64,000 nt of DNA from Bacillales bacterium UBA5603. Lineage in GTDB: Bacteria > Bacillota_I > Bacilli_A > Izemoplasmatales > Hujiaoplasmataceae. Location of the stretch: NCBI GenBank assembly GCA_002424815.1, contig DILB01000005.1, positions 9,748-73,747 of the forward strand, given 5' to 3'. The notes beneath the pieces are model-generated. The model ran no database searches and was not told the origin of the DNA. It worked only from the letters and a program-made list of their open reading frames with translations. Positions 27,102-36,744 of this stretch are shown here, piece after piece. Position 1 is the stretch's first letter. Every line of letters begins with the position of its first letter. A program made the translations under genes and the position numbers.

Positions 27102-27497
27102 ATGAAAAGAATTTTAAAAGATTTATTGATTGGATTATTAATTATTGTCATTATCAATGTGATTCAACTAGGCATTACATTGTTTTTCCAAAACCCTAAT
27201 ATTGATGATTTGGCTGTTCGTTCTCATTATGTTAATATGATGTTTTTAATCGCGTCCATCCCTTCAGGATTATTGCTATTTATTATAACCTATTTTCGTA
27301 AACCAAAAACAAAAATGGAATCCGCTCAAATCGCGTTACTTTGGACATTCATGTTTCTAATGAGTTATTTTTTAATCGGAATAAATAATGACACATTAAA
27401 TTTAATCTTTGGTCAAATCGGATTTTATGTCCTTGGGTTTGCCATTTTTTTAGGTTCATTTTTATATTCCGTTGTCTATAAACGCCCATCAATCTAA
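27102..27497 (+). CDS. Small integral membrane protein (4 TM), unknown function
   Basis: 131 aa, hydrophobic. RBS GGGAGG. -10 TACAAT upstream. Confidence 0.45.
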   Translation: MKRILKDLLIGLLIIVIINVIQLGITLFFQNPNIDDLAVRSHYVNMMFLIASIPSGLLLFIITYFRKPKTKMESAQIALLWTFMFLMSYFLIGINNDTLNLIFGQIGFYVLGFAIFLGSFLYSVVYKRPSI

Positions 27498-27503
27498 AAA
27501 AAT

Positions 27504-27533
27504 AAGGATTCGTCAGGTGACAAATCCTTTTTA
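27504..27533. terminator. Bidirectional terminator
   Basis: AAGGATT-loop-AATCCTT followed by TTTT; A-run on the other side. Confidence 0.6.
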
Positions 27534-27535
27534 AT

Positions 27536-27931
27536 TTAACTTGAGATGGTACCATAAGGCCAATTAATAATGCCGCCCATATCATAAAGATTGCCATAAC
27601 CCATTTGATATAACTGTAGGACCGCTTGTGCACTGCGGTTTCCGCTTCGACAATAAATAATATAAATTGCGAACTTATCTTTCATAATTTTAGAGGCTTG
27701 GGAGGATATTGTATCGAGCGGTAATAAAATCGCCCCTTCAATGTGCGCTTCATCGTATTCACTTTTCGTTCGAACATCAATTAAAATAATCGATGAATCG
27801 CGATCCATCATCGATTTTCCTGTGGAAGCAGAAATGGTAATGGGTGCATTCAATTCGGTGTTTGCTTGAGCTGTTCCACCACAGGCAACCATGGTTAAAC
27901 TCAATAAGAAGATCATAATGATTTTTTTCAT
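27536..27931 (-). CDS. Rhodanese-domain (sulfurtransferase) lipoprotein
   Basis: Lipobox 'MVACGG'. Rhodanese active-site loop 'YCRSGNRS'. ATG 27931 with RBS GAGGTGA. Confidence 0.75.
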   Translation of the reverse strand: MKKIIMIFLLSLTMVACGGTAQANTELNAPITISASTGKSMMDRDSSIILIDVRTKSEYDEAHIEGAILLPLDTISSQASKIMKDKFAIYIIYCRSGNRSAQAVLQLYQMGYGNLYDMGGIINWPYGTISS

Positions 27932-28129
27932 GAGTATCACCTCGTGAAGCGATTATAACATGACTTTATTCAATCATTCAACCCTTTTGCTTTTTTGATA
28001 AATCATAAAAGAGCTTGAAACCTTCATCACCACTCTAAAAGTTGTTTGGCATCCAAATTGATGTGAGACCGTGTGTGTGTTATAATGAGATGAAATCATC
28101 CTAAAGTAGGATTAAAGAAGGTGACTTCG

Positions 28130-29215
28130 ATGGATCAAAGAAACTGGATGGAAAAAGCGATTGAGGTTGCCCAAACTTCAGGTAGAAAGACGCCAGGGAT
28201 ACCTTTTATGAGTATGCTATATGTCAAAGGCGATGATTTAATTGCGACATGGAATAACAGTCTTCATCCTGAATGTCATTTATTCTTTCAGAATTTACCG
28301 ATAGGATCGGGCGGAACGTTATTTTTTCCTTATGAACCGACTAAAATCTCAGAAATGATGTTATGGATTCTCAAGAGTGAAATAAATCAAATATTTATTA
28401 GTGTTCTCAATACCGATACTCCCTTAGAATTTGTACAGTGGGCCCAGGAGAATAAAATTGCGGTTGAATATCAGTTTTTAAAAGGTCTTGGTGAAAGATT
28501 GAATGAAATCCATTTATTTAATCGACAAGCAGATATACCTTTTATAACTCTGAGTTTTGGCATGTCTCTCGATGGGAAAATTGCGACAAGAACCGGCGAT
28601 TCAAAATATATTTCTGGCAATGAATCAAGGCAATTTGTTCATCATTTAAGACATACACATCAATCGATTTTAGTGGGTATCAATACCATCTTGATTGATC
28701 ATCCCAAACTCACAACCAGACTCAATGATTTTCAGGGTGTTGATCCTATTCGAATCATCTTGGATTCAACTTTAAAAATTGACCTTGAAGAACCTCTCCT
28801 TCATCAAAACTCCTCGGCTTTGACTTATATTGTCACACATAGTTCAAGTGATTCAATAAAAAAACAAAAATTATTAAGAAACGGTGTCAAAATCATTGAG
28901 ATGAGCGGTCCAAAATCACCGCTTGATCTTCATCAAGTATTAGCGCATCTTAAATCAATAGGCATCGAATCTATTCTTGTAGAAGGCGGTAGTACAATCC
29001 ATTTTTCATTTATAAAAGCACGATATTTCAATCGTCTTTACGCGACAATATCTCCAATTATTATCGGTGGAGAAACAGCGAAATCCGCTGTTGGCGGAGA
29101 AGGGTTTGAAACTTTAAAAGCAGCCACAAAATTAAAGTTCATCGAATGGAAACAATGGGGCGATGATGTGATTGTTGAAGCCGTCCATCCATCTGTTCAG
29201 AAAGAAGAGGATTAA
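28130..29215 (+). CDS. ribD: RibD-like protein: intact 5-amino-6-(5-phosphoribosylamino)uracil reductase domain fused to a degenerate cytidine-deaminase-like domain
   Basis: Reductase blocks 'ITLSFGMSLDGKIATRTGDSKYISG' and 'ILVEGGSTI' are intact. The deaminase region keeps 'HPE', but the PCxxC zinc ligands are replaced ('EPTKISEMM'). ATG 28130 with RBS AGAAGGTGA. Extended -10 TGTTATAAT at about 28076. Confidence 0.75.
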   Translation: MDQRNWMEKAIEVAQTSGRKTPGIPFMSMLYVKGDDLIATWNNSLHPECHLFFQNLPIGSGGTLFFPYEPTKISEMMLWILKSEINQIFISVLNTDTPLEFVQWAQENKIAVEYQFLKGLGERLNEIHLFNRQADIPFITLSFGMSLDGKIATRTGDSKYISGNESRQFVHHLRHTHQSILVGINTILIDHPKLTTRLNDFQGVDPIRIILDSTLKIDLEEPLLHQNSSALTYIVTHSSSDSIKKQKLLRNGVKIIEMSGPKSPLDLHQVLAHLKSIGIESILVEGGSTIHFSFIKARYFNRLYATISPIIIGGETAKSAVGGEGFETLKAATKLKFIEWKQWGDDVIVEAVHPSVQKEED

Positions 29216-29218
29216 AAT

Positions 29219-30415
29219 ATGATAAAATATATCACCATTGAAGAAGCATTAATTGATTTGAAAAAAGGACAAAAAATTATTGTTGTTGATGATGAGGGAC
29301 TCGATAATGAGTGTCATTATATTGCTGCTGCAAAAGCAGTCATCGATCATGGATTATTAACATCTTTTTGTCCTTATCAAACAATCCCAACCATCGTATT
29401 AGGTTATGAAAAATACGGATTAATCACAGGTGTTAAAAAAAATATTAACTTTGAATATGATGAAGATTTTGTTAACCTCAGCGCGCGAAATCAAGAATTA
29501 GCTTCATCTGCTTTCTTGTTGGAGGCCACTCTACAAGCATTATTAAATAAAGATGCCACCGTCGATAACTTCCGACAAGGTGGCGAATTTCAAGTGCTCT
29601 CAACCCGTCAGGGTGGCATTTTAAAACGAGCTGCCCCTGCAGAAGCGATTATCGATCTTTGTTGGTTAGCCAATCAACCGCCTGTTGGGTTACTCTATTC
29701 ATTAGTTGATGACGATGGACGATCAGTCAGTGTGGAATCACTCGCGCATTCAAAAGAAACATATCCATTATTTAAAATATCAGATTTGATTTATAATCGT
29801 CGTCAAACTGATGTTCTCATTGAGCGCGTCGCTGAAGCTAAAATGCCTACGAAATATGGTGATTTTATGATGGTCGGATTTATCAATAAACTCAATGGTG
29901 AACATCATGTCGCTTTAGTCAAAGGCGATGTTACCTCTGATGAACCCGTGCTAATTCGCGTTCATTCTGAATGTTTGACGGGCGATTCTTTTGGCTCACA
30001 ACGCTGTGATTGCGGCGAACAATTGCACACCGCCATGCGTCGTATTGAAAAAGTCGGCCGAGGAATTATTCTTTATATGCGACAAGAAGGCCGTGGCATT
30101 GGCCTCATTAACAAGATTAGGGCTTATGCGCTTCAAGATCAGGGCCTTGATACTGTTGAAGCAAATATTGCACTAGGTTTTCCTGATGATCTTCGCGATT
30201 ACGGAATTGGGGCGCAAATGTTGGTTGCTTTAGGTGTAAAACGCATGAATTTAATGACGAATAATCCCAAAAAAATCCATGGTCTTTCTGGATATGGCAT
30301 TGAGATTGTCAATCGTGTAAAAATTCAGCTAAACCATAACGAACGCAACGAATTTTACATGCGCACAAAAAAAGATAAGATGGGTCATATTCTTGATTTT
30401 AAGAAACAAAAATAA
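29219..30415 (+). CDS. ribBA: RibBA-like protein: intact GTP cyclohydrolase II domain fused to a degenerate DHBP-synthase-like domain
   Basis: RibA blocks 'RVHSECLTGDSFGSQRCDCGEQL', 'RQEGRGIGLINKIRAYALQDQGLDTVEAN' and 'MTNNPKK' are intact. The RibB-like N-terminus has 'DDEGLDNECHY' instead of 'DDEDRENEGD', and the GH...TRGGHTE residues are substituted ('GEF...KRAAPAE'). Confidence 0.75.
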   Translation: MIKYITIEEALIDLKKGQKIIVVDDEGLDNECHYIAAAKAVIDHGLLTSFCPYQTIPTIVLGYEKYGLITGVKKNINFEYDEDFVNLSARNQELASSAFLLEATLQALLNKDATVDNFRQGGEFQVLSTRQGGILKRAAPAEAIIDLCWLANQPPVGLLYSLVDDDGRSVSVESLAHSKETYPLFKISDLIYNRRQTDVLIERVAEAKMPTKYGDFMMVGFINKLNGEHHVALVKGDVTSDEPVLIRVHSECLTGDSFGSQRCDCGEQLHTAMRRIEKVGRGIILYMRQEGRGIGLINKIRAYALQDQGLDTVEANIALGFPDDLRDYGIGAQMLVALGVKRMNLMTNNPKKIHGLSGYGIEIVNRVKIQLNHNERNEFYMRTKKDKMGHILDFKKQK

Positions 30416-30445
30416 TAGACTATCCTTAAAAAAGAGTATCAATGA

Positions 30446-30477
30446 AGCCGGACCATTTGCTTAATGTCCGGTTTTTA
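30446..30477 (+). terminator. Rho-independent terminator after the rib-like genes
   Basis: GAAGCCGGAC-loop-GTCCGG followed by TTTTT. Confidence 0.7.
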
Positions 30478-30639
30478 TAATCACAGAATACACACATCTT
30501 AGGTCTATGATGGATATAGTTTATCTCGTTTAATAATGAATTTAAAAAGGTTAAATAAATATTATATTTTTTGGTTTATTGGTGATATAATTATTTTAGA
30601 TTAATGATTCAAACAATTTATTTTGAAGGGATGATCAAT

Positions 30640-31242
30640 ATGTCTTGGTGGGATTCACTTAGTAATCTTCAACAAATTTTGTTTGTTTTGGCAACTTCTG
30701 CGACGGTTGTCATGATTATTTTTTTAATTTTGATGTTAATCGGTGGCGATGGCGCTGATTCTTTTGAAGGCGATGTCGATGTTGATGGAGACATCAGTGG
30801 TGGCGACCTCTTTAACGACGAGCCGCTTTCAGCATTCAGCGGTTTAAGAATTCTATCTATAAGAGGGGTTTTGGCTTTTATCGCTGTTGGCGCATGGACC
30901 GCGTATGGATTCGTTGGATTTTTGACGCCTTGGTTATCCATTGCTTTGGGTGTCATTGCTGGAATCATCGCAGCCTATTTATTAGCAGTGGCGTTTCGTG
31001 CTTCCTTAAAGCTTGAATCAACCGGTAACATCGATTACCATAACGCGATTGGTAAAAGTGGCAACGTTTATATTAAAGTCCCAAAATTGCATTCTGGAAT
31101 TGGGAAAGTAACACTAACCTTACAAGAACGTTTTATAGAAGTCGATGCCATAACACATGAAGACATTGATTTATTAACCGGAACGGCCATCGAAGTGGTT
31201 GGTTTAGAAAATGAAACGACGCTCATCGTCAAAAAAAAGTAG
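30640..31242 (+). CDS. NfeD/YqiJ-like membrane protein (partner of flotillin) with an acidic Gly/Asp-rich linker and C-terminal OB-fold
   Basis: Two TM segments flank 'GGDGADSFEGDVDVDGDISGGD'. A C-terminal beta-rich domain follows. Start at ATG 30640 with RBS GAAGGG. Confidence 0.6.
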   Translation: MSWWDSLSNLQQILFVLATSATVVMIIFLILMLIGGDGADSFEGDVDVDGDISGGDLFNDEPLSAFSGLRILSIRGVLAFIAVGAWTAYGFVGFLTPWLSIALGVIAGIIAAYLLAVAFRASLKLESTGNIDYHNAIGKSGNVYIKVPKLHSGIGKVTLTLQERFIEVDAITHEDIDLLTGTAIEVVGLENETTLIVKKK

Positions 31243-31279
31243 AATTTCAGAATTAAAAAATAGATAAAGGAGATTATAT

Positions 31280-32722
31280 ATGAATATTATTTTTTTAGCA
31301 GCACAAGACTGGGCAGGTTTACTGATTGCCTTGTTCGTTATTTTGTTTTCCGTCTTAGTCTTTATTGTTTCCCGTATTAAAAAATGTCCCGCAGATAAAA
31401 TTATGGTCGTTTATGGTAAAGTCGGTAGTAACGTCGATGGCACTAATAAATCAGCGAATTGTATCCACGGTGGGGCAAAATTCATCTATCCATTTGTTCA
31501 AGCTTATTCTTTTTTAGATTTAACACCGATTTCAATCAGTGTTGATCTTAAAAATGCACTTTCTAGGCAAAATATCCGTATCGATGTTCCTTCCCGTTTT
31601 ACCGTTGGTATTTCCACCGAAGCTGGAATTATGCAAAATGCTGCAGAACGCTTACTTGGCCTTCAATCTAATGAAATTCAAGAACTTGCCAAAGATATTA
31701 TTTTTGGTCAGTTGCGTTTAATCATCGCCACGATGGATATTGAAGAAATCAACACCGACAGAGATAAATTTCTTGAAGCGGTCTCACGCAACGTTGAAAC
31801 CGAACTCAAAAAAATAGGATTACGCTTAATCAACGTCAATGTGACAGATATCAATGATGAATCAGGTTATATTCAAGCTTTAGGTAAAGAAGCAGCGGCT
31901 AAAGCCATCAATGATGCTAAAAAAGCCGTCGCAGAAATGAACCGCGATGGATCCATTGGTGAAGCAAATGCAGTGAGAGATCAACGTATTCAAGTCGCTA
32001 GTGCCAACTCAACCGCCATTAAAGGCGAAGACGAATCCCTTGGATTAATTTCTCAATCCAACGCTTCTCGTCGTGAGATTGAAGCTGAAGCATTAAGAAG
32101 AGCTATGACCGCCGAAAAAATTGCGGCTGCGAAAGCCTTAGAAGATGCCTATATCGCGGAACAAAGTGCTGAATTAGCACGTGCAAGTCGTGAAAAAGCC
32201 ACTTTAGAAGCGGATGTTATCGTAAAAACGGAAATTGAGAAACAAAGACGCGTTTTACAAGCTGAAGCTGAGGCGGAAGAAATTCGCAGAAAAGCTCGAG
32301 GCGAAGCCGATGGAATCTATTCCAAAATGGAAGCTCAAGGCCGTGGTATGCTCGAAATCTTATCTAAACAAGCATCCGGGTTCCAAGATCTTGTTAAAGC
32401 GGCAGGCAATAATCCTGATGCTGCAATCAAGATGTTAATAGCTGATAAACTCGAAGCTTTAGTTAAAATTCAAGTTGAAGCCATCAAGAATCTGAAGTTT
32501 GATAAGATAACAGTATGGGATAATGGTTCTTCAAAAGACGGATCCTCAACCGCTAATTTTGCTTCATCTTTAATGAAATCCATTCCACCCATGAATGATT
32601 TGTTCAAAATGGCAGGAATGGATTTACCAAAATATTTGGGTGAAGATTTCAAACCCATCGTTGATTTAAACCCTGAAATCAAATCAGAATCACCCGTAGA
32701 AACACCGAAAGCCAAAAAATAA
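31280..32722 (+). CDS. floT: Flotillin-family SPFH/band-7 protein (FloT/YuaG/YqiK-like)
   Basis: N-terminal TM, SPFH domain, then a long Ala/Glu-rich coiled-coil ('EAEALRRAMTAEKIAAAKALEDAYIAEQ'). RBS AAGGAG. Confidence 0.8.
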   Translation: MNIIFLAAQDWAGLLIALFVILFSVLVFIVSRIKKCPADKIMVVYGKVGSNVDGTNKSANCIHGGAKFIYPFVQAYSFLDLTPISISVDLKNALSRQNIRIDVPSRFTVGISTEAGIMQNAAERLLGLQSNEIQELAKDIIFGQLRLIIATMDIEEINTDRDKFLEAVSRNVETELKKIGLRLINVNVTDINDESGYIQALGKEAAAKAINDAKKAVAEMNRDGSIGEANAVRDQRIQVASANSTAIKGEDESLGLISQSNASRREIEAEALRRAMTAEKIAAAKALEDAYIAEQSAELARASREKATLEADVIVKTEIEKQRRVLQAEAEAEEIRRKARGEADGIYSKMEAQGRGMLEILSKQASGFQDLVKAAGNNPDAAIKMLIADKLEALVKIQVEAIKNLKFDKITVWDNGSSKDGSSTANFASSLMKSIPPMNDLFKMAGMDLPKYLGEDFKPIVDLNPEIKSESPVETPKAKK

Positions 32723-32732
32723 AGAAATATTT

Positions 32733-32762
32733 AACGCTTCCTTTGGGGGCGTTATTTTTTTA
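32733..32762 (+). terminator. Weak terminator (5-bp GC stem plus T8)
   Basis: AACGC-TTCCTTTGGGG-GCGTT followed by ATTTTTTTT. Confidence 0.4.
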
Positions 32763-32851
32763 AGTGAGCAAAAAAGCATATTTATTTTATCTGTGGTATA
32801 ATATAAAATTGACCGCAAATTGCGTGGAAACAATCTCTTGAAAGGTAATCG

Positions 32852-34267
32852 ATGAAAATGAGTAATGCCGATTTACTAGGAAAAACAAATGTTAAAAAAG
32901 CATTAGTCATTTTGTCTGTTCCAGCAATTTTAGGAATGATTGTCAATGCTTTATATAATTTTGTCGATACATTATTCGTTGCCAAAGGCGTTGGCGAACT
33001 GGCTATTGGTGGTTTAGCACTCGCCTATCCCATTCAAATGATTGCGATGGCGATTGGATTAATGATTGGTATGGGAAGTGCTTCAATCTTTTCTCGCGCT
33101 TTTGGCAGAAAAGATTATGAAACGATGGAAACTTCGGTCAATACTGCTTTAAGGATTGCCTTATTATCTTCGGTGGTACTATCGATTTTAGGGTTCGTTT
33201 TTTTAGATGATTTATTAATATTTTTTGGTGCTTCAGGCGATAATATCATTTACGCTGAAGATTATCTTTCTGTCATCTTAATCGGTTTAACACCACTTTC
33301 GCTTTCCATGGTCTTGAATAATTTGACTAGGGCAGAAGGCCGAGCAAAGATTGCGATGTTTTCCATGATGATCGGTACAGGTTTAAACATCGCTTTAGAT
33401 CCCATTTTTATCTTTGATTGGGGATTAGGCCTCGGTGTGCGAGGGGCGGCCATTGCGACCATCATATCACAGACCGTCGCCTTTATTTTTATCTTTACGA
33501 TGTCGCTGGGGGCACGTTCTACCTTAAGGATTAATTTAAAAAAATGGTTCACTGTTCATTGGAAAATGGTTAAAGAGATTACTGTTATTGGCTTCCCTTC
33601 GTTTTTGCGAAACTCCATTGGGGCGTTTATGGCAATTATCATTTATCGATTAATAAATCAACATACCGTAGGCGACCCAGCGATTTATATCTCCATTTAT
33701 GGCGTCATTAACCGTGTCATTTCATTTGTTTTCATGCCCGCTTTTGGCATTATTCAAGGGTTGACACCCATTGTTGGCTATAATTTTGGTGCGAAGAACC
33801 ATCAACGCTTGAAACAAGTGATCCGCTTTTCAACAGAAATCATCATGATATATTTTATTGCAGGCTTTATTTTCATCCAAATATTTTCTGAGTCCATTTT
33901 TCGCTTGTTCAGCGAAACAAATAATTCTATTTTTATTGATTATGGTTCCGCTGCTTTTAAAACCATTTCGCTTGGATTTATTCTCGTAGGGTTTCAGATC
34001 GTCATCAGTTCGGTTTATCAAGCCGTCGGATATCCTTTTAAAGCAACCATCGTCGCAATTTCTAGACAAGTATTATTATTTATTCCTTTATCTTATCTTT
34101 TAACTTCTTTAATAGGTTTAGAAGGAATTTGGATTAGTTTTGCTATCGCGGATGCGATTAGCGGCTTGGCTGGGTTAGTGATGTTAATTTTTGAAATGCG
34201 AGCGTTGGAAAAAAGAATTCCCAAAACCATTGATTTAACTCAAGAGGTTATTGATTTAGCCATTTAA
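32852..34267 (+). CDS. MATE-family multidrug/oligosaccharidyl-lipid efflux transporter
   Basis: 471 aa, 12 TM, with the MatE duplicated-repeat pattern. Promoter TGGTATAAT at about 32795. Terminator AACAGGT...ACCTGTT plus T9 at 34290-34318. Confidence 0.8.
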   Translation: MKMSNADLLGKTNVKKALVILSVPAILGMIVNALYNFVDTLFVAKGVGELAIGGLALAYPIQMIAMAIGLMIGMGSASIFSRAFGRKDYETMETSVNTALRIALLSSVVLSILGFVFLDDLLIFFGASGDNIIYAEDYLSVILIGLTPLSLSMVLNNLTRAEGRAKIAMFSMMIGTGLNIALDPIFIFDWGLGLGVRGAAIATIISQTVAFIFIFTMSLGARSTLRINLKKWFTVHWKMVKEITVIGFPSFLRNSIGAFMAIIIYRLINQHTVGDPAIYISIYGVINRVISFVFMPAFGIIQGLTPIVGYNFGAKNHQRLKQVIRFSTEIIMIYFIAGFIFIQIFSESIFRLFSETNNSIFIDYGSAAFKTISLGFILVGFQIVISSVYQAVGYPFKATIVAISRQVLLFIPLSYLLTSLIGLEGIWISFAIADAISGLAGLVMLIFEMRALEKRIPKTIDLTQEVIDLAI

Positions 34268-34289
34268 AATATATATCGACTTTGAAATG

Positions 34290-34318
34290 AACAGGTGATT
34301 GATGACCTGTTTTTTTTT
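34290..34318 (+). terminator. Rho-independent terminator
   Basis: AACAGGTGATTGATGACCTGTT followed by T9. Confidence 0.75.
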
Positions 34319-34621
34319 ACAATTTTGCCGAATTTGCAAAGGTGCATTGATAAAATCGGTAGATGGGAGTATAATGACCCTGAAATAGACCCTATATTAA
34401 TATACAAGCTGATGAGAATACTTTATTTTGTAAGTTTCAAACAATTTTTATGTTTTAAAGAAATTTTTTAATGTTGCTTAAACAAGAAAACGGCTAAAAA
34501 TCTAGATGAAAAGATAATTTTTATTTATGAAAGCGTTTTTTTTGTTTTTTTTACAGAAGTGACTTGAAATCAAAAACTGATGTGATTATAATCTATGATT
34601 AAATTGTGGGGGGATACATTA

Positions 34622-35554
34622 ATGTTTGGATACTACTTGAAAAGAATTTTTTCCGCCATCGTCACACTCTTCATCATCGCAACCTTAACTTTTTTCATGA
34701 TGAGAGCGATACCTGGTGGACCTTTCACTCGGGAAAAGGCACTTCCCGATCAGATTATTGCACAGTTAAATGCAAAATATAACTTAGATGACCCCGTCAT
34801 CGTGCAATACTTGAATTATATGAAGGGAATTGCCACTTTTAATTTTGGCCCATCCTTTAGAGAACTTGGATTAACTGTCAATGATTTAATTAGACAAGGA
34901 TTGCCAGGAAGCATGAAAGTAGGCATTGTGGCGGTCTTGATGATCCTCGTTTTTGGTATTCCGATGGGGATTATTTCGGCATTAAAACAAAATAAACCGA
35001 TTGACTATACCGTTATGGTGCTCGCCACCATCGGTGTGACCGTTCCTAGTTTTGTTGTCGCGACGCTTTATATTTATCTCATATCTTCTAGGGTTTCATG
35101 GATTCCCATCACAGGGTTATCAAACCCGATTGCATTTATTGGACCGGCCATTGCCCTCTCTGGTTACTCGTTATCTTATGTCGCGCGGTTGACAAGATCT
35201 TCGATGCTTGAAGTTTTACGCCAAGATTACATCAGAACTGCTCGGGCAAATGGACTTTCTGAAACGCGAGTGATCGGCAAACATGCTCTAAAAAATGCTT
35301 TAATACCCGTCGTGACTTATGTAGGTCCGATGATTGCGGCCATTTTAACAGGTTCATTCGTTGTGGAAAGAATATTCGCCATCAATGGTATTGGGCGATA
35401 TTTCGTAGAAAGTGTTAGTAATCGAGATTATACAGTGATTATTGGCATGACCGTATTTTATGCAGGGCTTTATATCTTCATGGTATTATTAGTGGACATC
35501 GCATATTCGTTTATCGATCCGCGCATTAAACTTGGAAAAAGGACCGGTGATTAG
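34622..35554 (+). CDS. oppB: Oligopeptide ABC transporter permease
   Basis: 'MFGYYLKRIFS' OppB/DppB N-terminus and an EAA-like 'IRTARANGLSE' loop. Start at internal ATG 34622, 10 nt after GGGGGGA. Confidence 0.85.
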   Translation: MFGYYLKRIFSAIVTLFIIATLTFFMMRAIPGGPFTREKALPDQIIAQLNAKYNLDDPVIVQYLNYMKGIATFNFGPSFRELGLTVNDLIRQGLPGSMKVGIVAVLMILVFGIPMGIISALKQNKPIDYTVMVLATIGVTVPSFVVATLYIYLISSRVSWIPITGLSNPIAFIGPAIALSGYSLSYVARLTRSSMLEVLRQDYIRTARANGLSETRVIGKHALKNALIPVVTYVGPMIAAILTGSFVVERIFAINGIGRYFVESVSNRDYTVIIGMTVFYAGLYIFMVLLVDIAYSFIDPRIKLGKRTGD

Positions 35555-35556
35555 GC

Positions 35557-36738
35557 ATGAGAAATCCTGAATTTGAATATGTCGATAGCTCTCGAAAAGA
35601 AAGTAAGGAACAGATTCGTAAAAGTTTAACTTATTGGAAAGATGCCTGGCGACGCTTAAAGAAAAATCGTTTAGCAATGGTTGGAATGTTCGGTGTAATC
35701 CTCATCATTTTATTTGGGGTCGTAGGACCTTGGTTTATGCCTTATAGTTATTCTGATCAAAACAATAATTTCGCCAATATTCCTCCTCGTTTAGAAATTT
35801 ATTCTATTGGCAATAATGAGTATGTTTATCTTTCTAAACAATATAATTTGATTTTAGTGTCTAGTAAGGGGGAACTCATTACAAAACTAACAAGAACCAA
35901 CATGGATGTCCTCAACAAGATTTACGTTTATACGTATGATGGAGAAGACATTGTTGTGGATTATTCATATCGTGCAAGAGATAACGATGATGGTATTGAT
36001 ATTACGGTCTCTTACAAAGGGTTGACTTCTGAGTATCCGGCTAAAACTGTAAGCAATAAAACTTATCGTTTAGGATCCGATAATTTGGGACGCGATTTGT
36101 TAACACGCGTTATGTATGGCGCCAGAATTTCATTGACAGTCGCATTTGTCGCTACGATTGTTAATTTAGTCATCGGGGTAACCTATGGTGCTATTTCTGG
36201 GCTTGAAGGCGGTCTTGTTGATGATATCATGATGCGTATCGTCGATGTTATTAATTCTATTCCGCTCGTATTATATGTCATTTTATTAATGGTTATTATC
36301 AATAACCGAGGGTTATGGACAATCATCATTACTTTAGGTACCGTCTATTGGGTGGGTATGGCCAGACTGGTTCGTGGCCAGGTTCTCGGCCTTAAAGAAC
36401 AAGAATACGTCCTTGCCGCCCGTACCATCGGTGTTCCAAAAGCAAAGATTATTACCAGACATTTAATTCCTAATGCCATGGGTCCCATCATTGTCTCAAT
36501 GACGATGATGATTCCTTCGGCCGTCTTTACTGAATCCTTCTTAAGTTTTATCGGCTTAGGTATCAGTGCTCCTCAAGCTTCTTGGGGTACTTTGGCGAAT
36601 GATGCCCTCCCCGGTCTAAGCACCTATCCTTATCAATTATTCATTCCAGCGTTCGCAATTGCGCTGACAATGTTATCATTTAACTTCTTGGGTGATGGAT
36701 TAAGATCAGCCCTCGACCCAAGATTGAGGAAGGGGTAG
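35557..36738 (+). CDS. oppC: Oligopeptide ABC transporter permease with long periplasmic N-terminal loop
   Basis: OppC-like. 'SDNLGRDLLTRV' and 'ARTIGVPKAKIITRHLIPN' EAA-region signatures. Confidence 0.85.
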   Translation: MRNPEFEYVDSSRKESKEQIRKSLTYWKDAWRRLKKNRLAMVGMFGVILIILFGVVGPWFMPYSYSDQNNNFANIPPRLEIYSIGNNEYVYLSKQYNLILVSSKGELITKLTRTNMDVLNKIYVYTYDGEDIVVDYSYRARDNDDGIDITVSYKGLTSEYPAKTVSNKTYRLGSDNLGRDLLTRVMYGARISLTVAFVATIVNLVIGVTYGAISGLEGGLVDDIMMRIVDVINSIPLVLYVILLMVIINNRGLWTIIITLGTVYWVGMARLVRGQVLGLKEQEYVLAARTIGVPKAKIITRHLIPNAMGPIIVSMTMMIPSAVFTESFLSFIGLGISAPQASWGTLANDALPGLSTYPYQLFIPAFAIALTMLSFNFLGDGLRSALDPRLRKG

Positions 36739-36744
36739 AATGTC

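Noticed and set aside
27941-28129. Expected FMN riboswitch (RFN element) upstream of ribD
   Set aside because: The 180-nt leader lacks the conserved RFN cores (GGAUUC...GGUGAAAUUCC, CCGACGGUA, AGUCCGGAUG) by eye. Only an extended -10 promoter and an RBS are apparent. A covariance-model scan would be needed for certainty.
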